In this document: positions 62,374 to 64,000 of the stretch, piece by piece
Layout: every line of letters begins with the position of its first letter
Position numbering within the stretch: position 1 is the stretch's first letter
Assembly (NCBI GenBank): GCA_964057225.1
Contig: OZ059895.1
Location: 5,580,001-5,644,000, forward strand
Reading direction: 5' to 3'
DNA from: Auanema rhodensis
Taxonomy: Eukaryota; Animalia; Nematoda
DNA: 64,000 nt
The notes under the pieces: generated by a model
What the model was told of the DNA's origin: nothing
The model's input: the letters and a program-made list of their open reading frames with translations, nothing else
Database searches by the model: none
Program-made: the position numbers and the translations under genes

Positions 62374-64000
62374 CATTTTTTGTCATCTTATTTCATTTCT
62401 ACTTATATCTATCTATATATATGTATCTCCAATATTTTATTTAATAACGTTATTCATAAGAAAATATTAAAATGACCAAGCAGTATAATACTAAGCTAAG
62501 CTTAGTTATTGCCTCCGGCAGTTACTGCTGTTTTTGTCCTTTTTTGGTCATAATGTGTTGATAATAATGACGACGAACGCTACGAAAATGATGGACAGAT
62601 GAAAAGCAAGAGACAACCTTAAATTAAAGTAGAATAAGTTAATATAATGATAATAAATAGAAGCTTGTAGTCATTATATTTATATAATATACTATATAAC
62701 ATACTGATAGCGTAGTTAAATTGTCTTAAATCATGTTATTACTAATTTTTTTTAAGTTTTAGTCGGCACTAATTCCAAAAACTCTAATTCGTTTTGAGAA
62801 AAAAAAAGAAAATATAAGACAAAACACCTTAACTATGCTATTTATGCAGATTATATATATATTAAAAAATGGCTGTGTAACCCTGTCTCATGCTCTTTCT
62901 CTCTACTTAACTTAATCCTCCCCCCCCCTATGCTCCCTTCAAGCAATAAATTCTTCATATTTAGATGAAGTACAAATAGTCATCTCTTATTCAATCTATT
63001 TTCTAGTATAATTATATCTTATACTAATTAATCTTAAGGTAAAATTATTATCAAATTTACTTTTCGTTATTCTTATAACACGTGTTACAACCTTTTCTCT
63101 CTTTTTCTACAAACATTTTTATAAAATTTAAGGTTTTATCTAATATGTATCAGATTTTCGTTGATCTCATATATACATGTTTTCATCTCTTTCTCTCTCT
63201 TTCTCTCTCTCCCTCTCTTCGTTCTGAATTATATTAGCCGTTAAGTTACAATTTCGAAGTTTTAACATTTTCGTACTGAACGGCTGTATTCTTCAACATT
63301 TTCCTCTCTTCACAATCTTTAACTCTCTTCTCTTTCCTTCTTTCATCTTGTAACTTCCTTTAGACTCTATCGTCTTGTATACAACTTATCTAGCTCTTCT
63401 CTCTCTCAATCTCTTCATTTGTTTCTCTCTTTCTCTCTTACTATTCCCATTATCTATCACTCTTTTTCCTATTCAGTTAACTTCTTCTTCATCCTACTTC
63501 CTTCTTCACCAATTCGTCTTTATACCAATCTACATCATCTAGTAAATCATTTACCAATATCTGATGACGTCCATAGATCTCATACGGATCACGTGAAAAT
63601 GTGAGAATCGTTCACAAAATCCCCATTCTTCAGAATATTCTTCCTGTGCCATTATTCGTTTTCTCAACCTACCCCTCTCTCTCTCTATCTCTCTCTCTCT
63701 GTCATCAGCTTACATTCCCATACAATTTTCTAAACATTACCTTCCTAATCACTGAAACTAGAGATCTCTTTTTGAACGTTTTGTGTTGCTTTATTCACTA
63801 TTCTCATCAATCTGCAAAATATTTTTCAATGAAACTTCTTCTTGTTTCTGATTTTCGTTCGTCGTTTTCGTGTGCATCATATAACTTTGATCTTTCAAAG
63901 CATCTTGTCTGACGATATGTCTTTAAGATCATACACGAACTTTATTCGTAAAAGGCTAATCCTTCAAGCATTTTTTCATTCAAATCATATCCATTAATCT

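Overview
AT-rich (roughly 25-30% GC by eye) eukaryotic genomic DNA full of (GA)n/(TC)n microsatellites. Short exons, 40-100 nt introns and TTTCAG-type acceptors indicate a nematode; the very high intron density suggests a diplogastrid such as Pristionchus (inference). Most entries in the ORF track are microsatellite or low-complexity artefacts, so I rebuilt the real genes by hand from GT-AG splice sites. Six spliced genes: (1) an orphan coiled-coil/basic protein (10044-11765, +); (2) an 84-aa hydrophobic protein (12051-12357, -); (3) a 396-aa chimera of a MuDR/FAR1/WRKY-type C2HC zinc finger and a SCAND3/KRBA2 (Ginger2)-like integrase core that appears to have lost its catalytic Glu (13656-15665, +); (4) a 579-aa three-finger EGR/KLF-like C2H2 factor, probably mnm-2 (16656-25076, -), followed by about 19 kb of gene-free upstream sequence; (5) a Ulp1/C48-like cysteine protease (44272-45436, +); (6) a 102-aa secreted precursor with three R-x-F-P-x-F motifs (45661-46017, -). 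There is also a 1347-bp miniature Maverick/Polinton (46578-47924) with 47-bp TIRs, a 6-bp TSD and a scrambled interior of pPolB, adenain and coiled-coil ORF fragments. I found no supportable gene in 1-9000, 25.3-44.2 kb or 48-64 kb. Family assignments come from motif recognition, not database searches.
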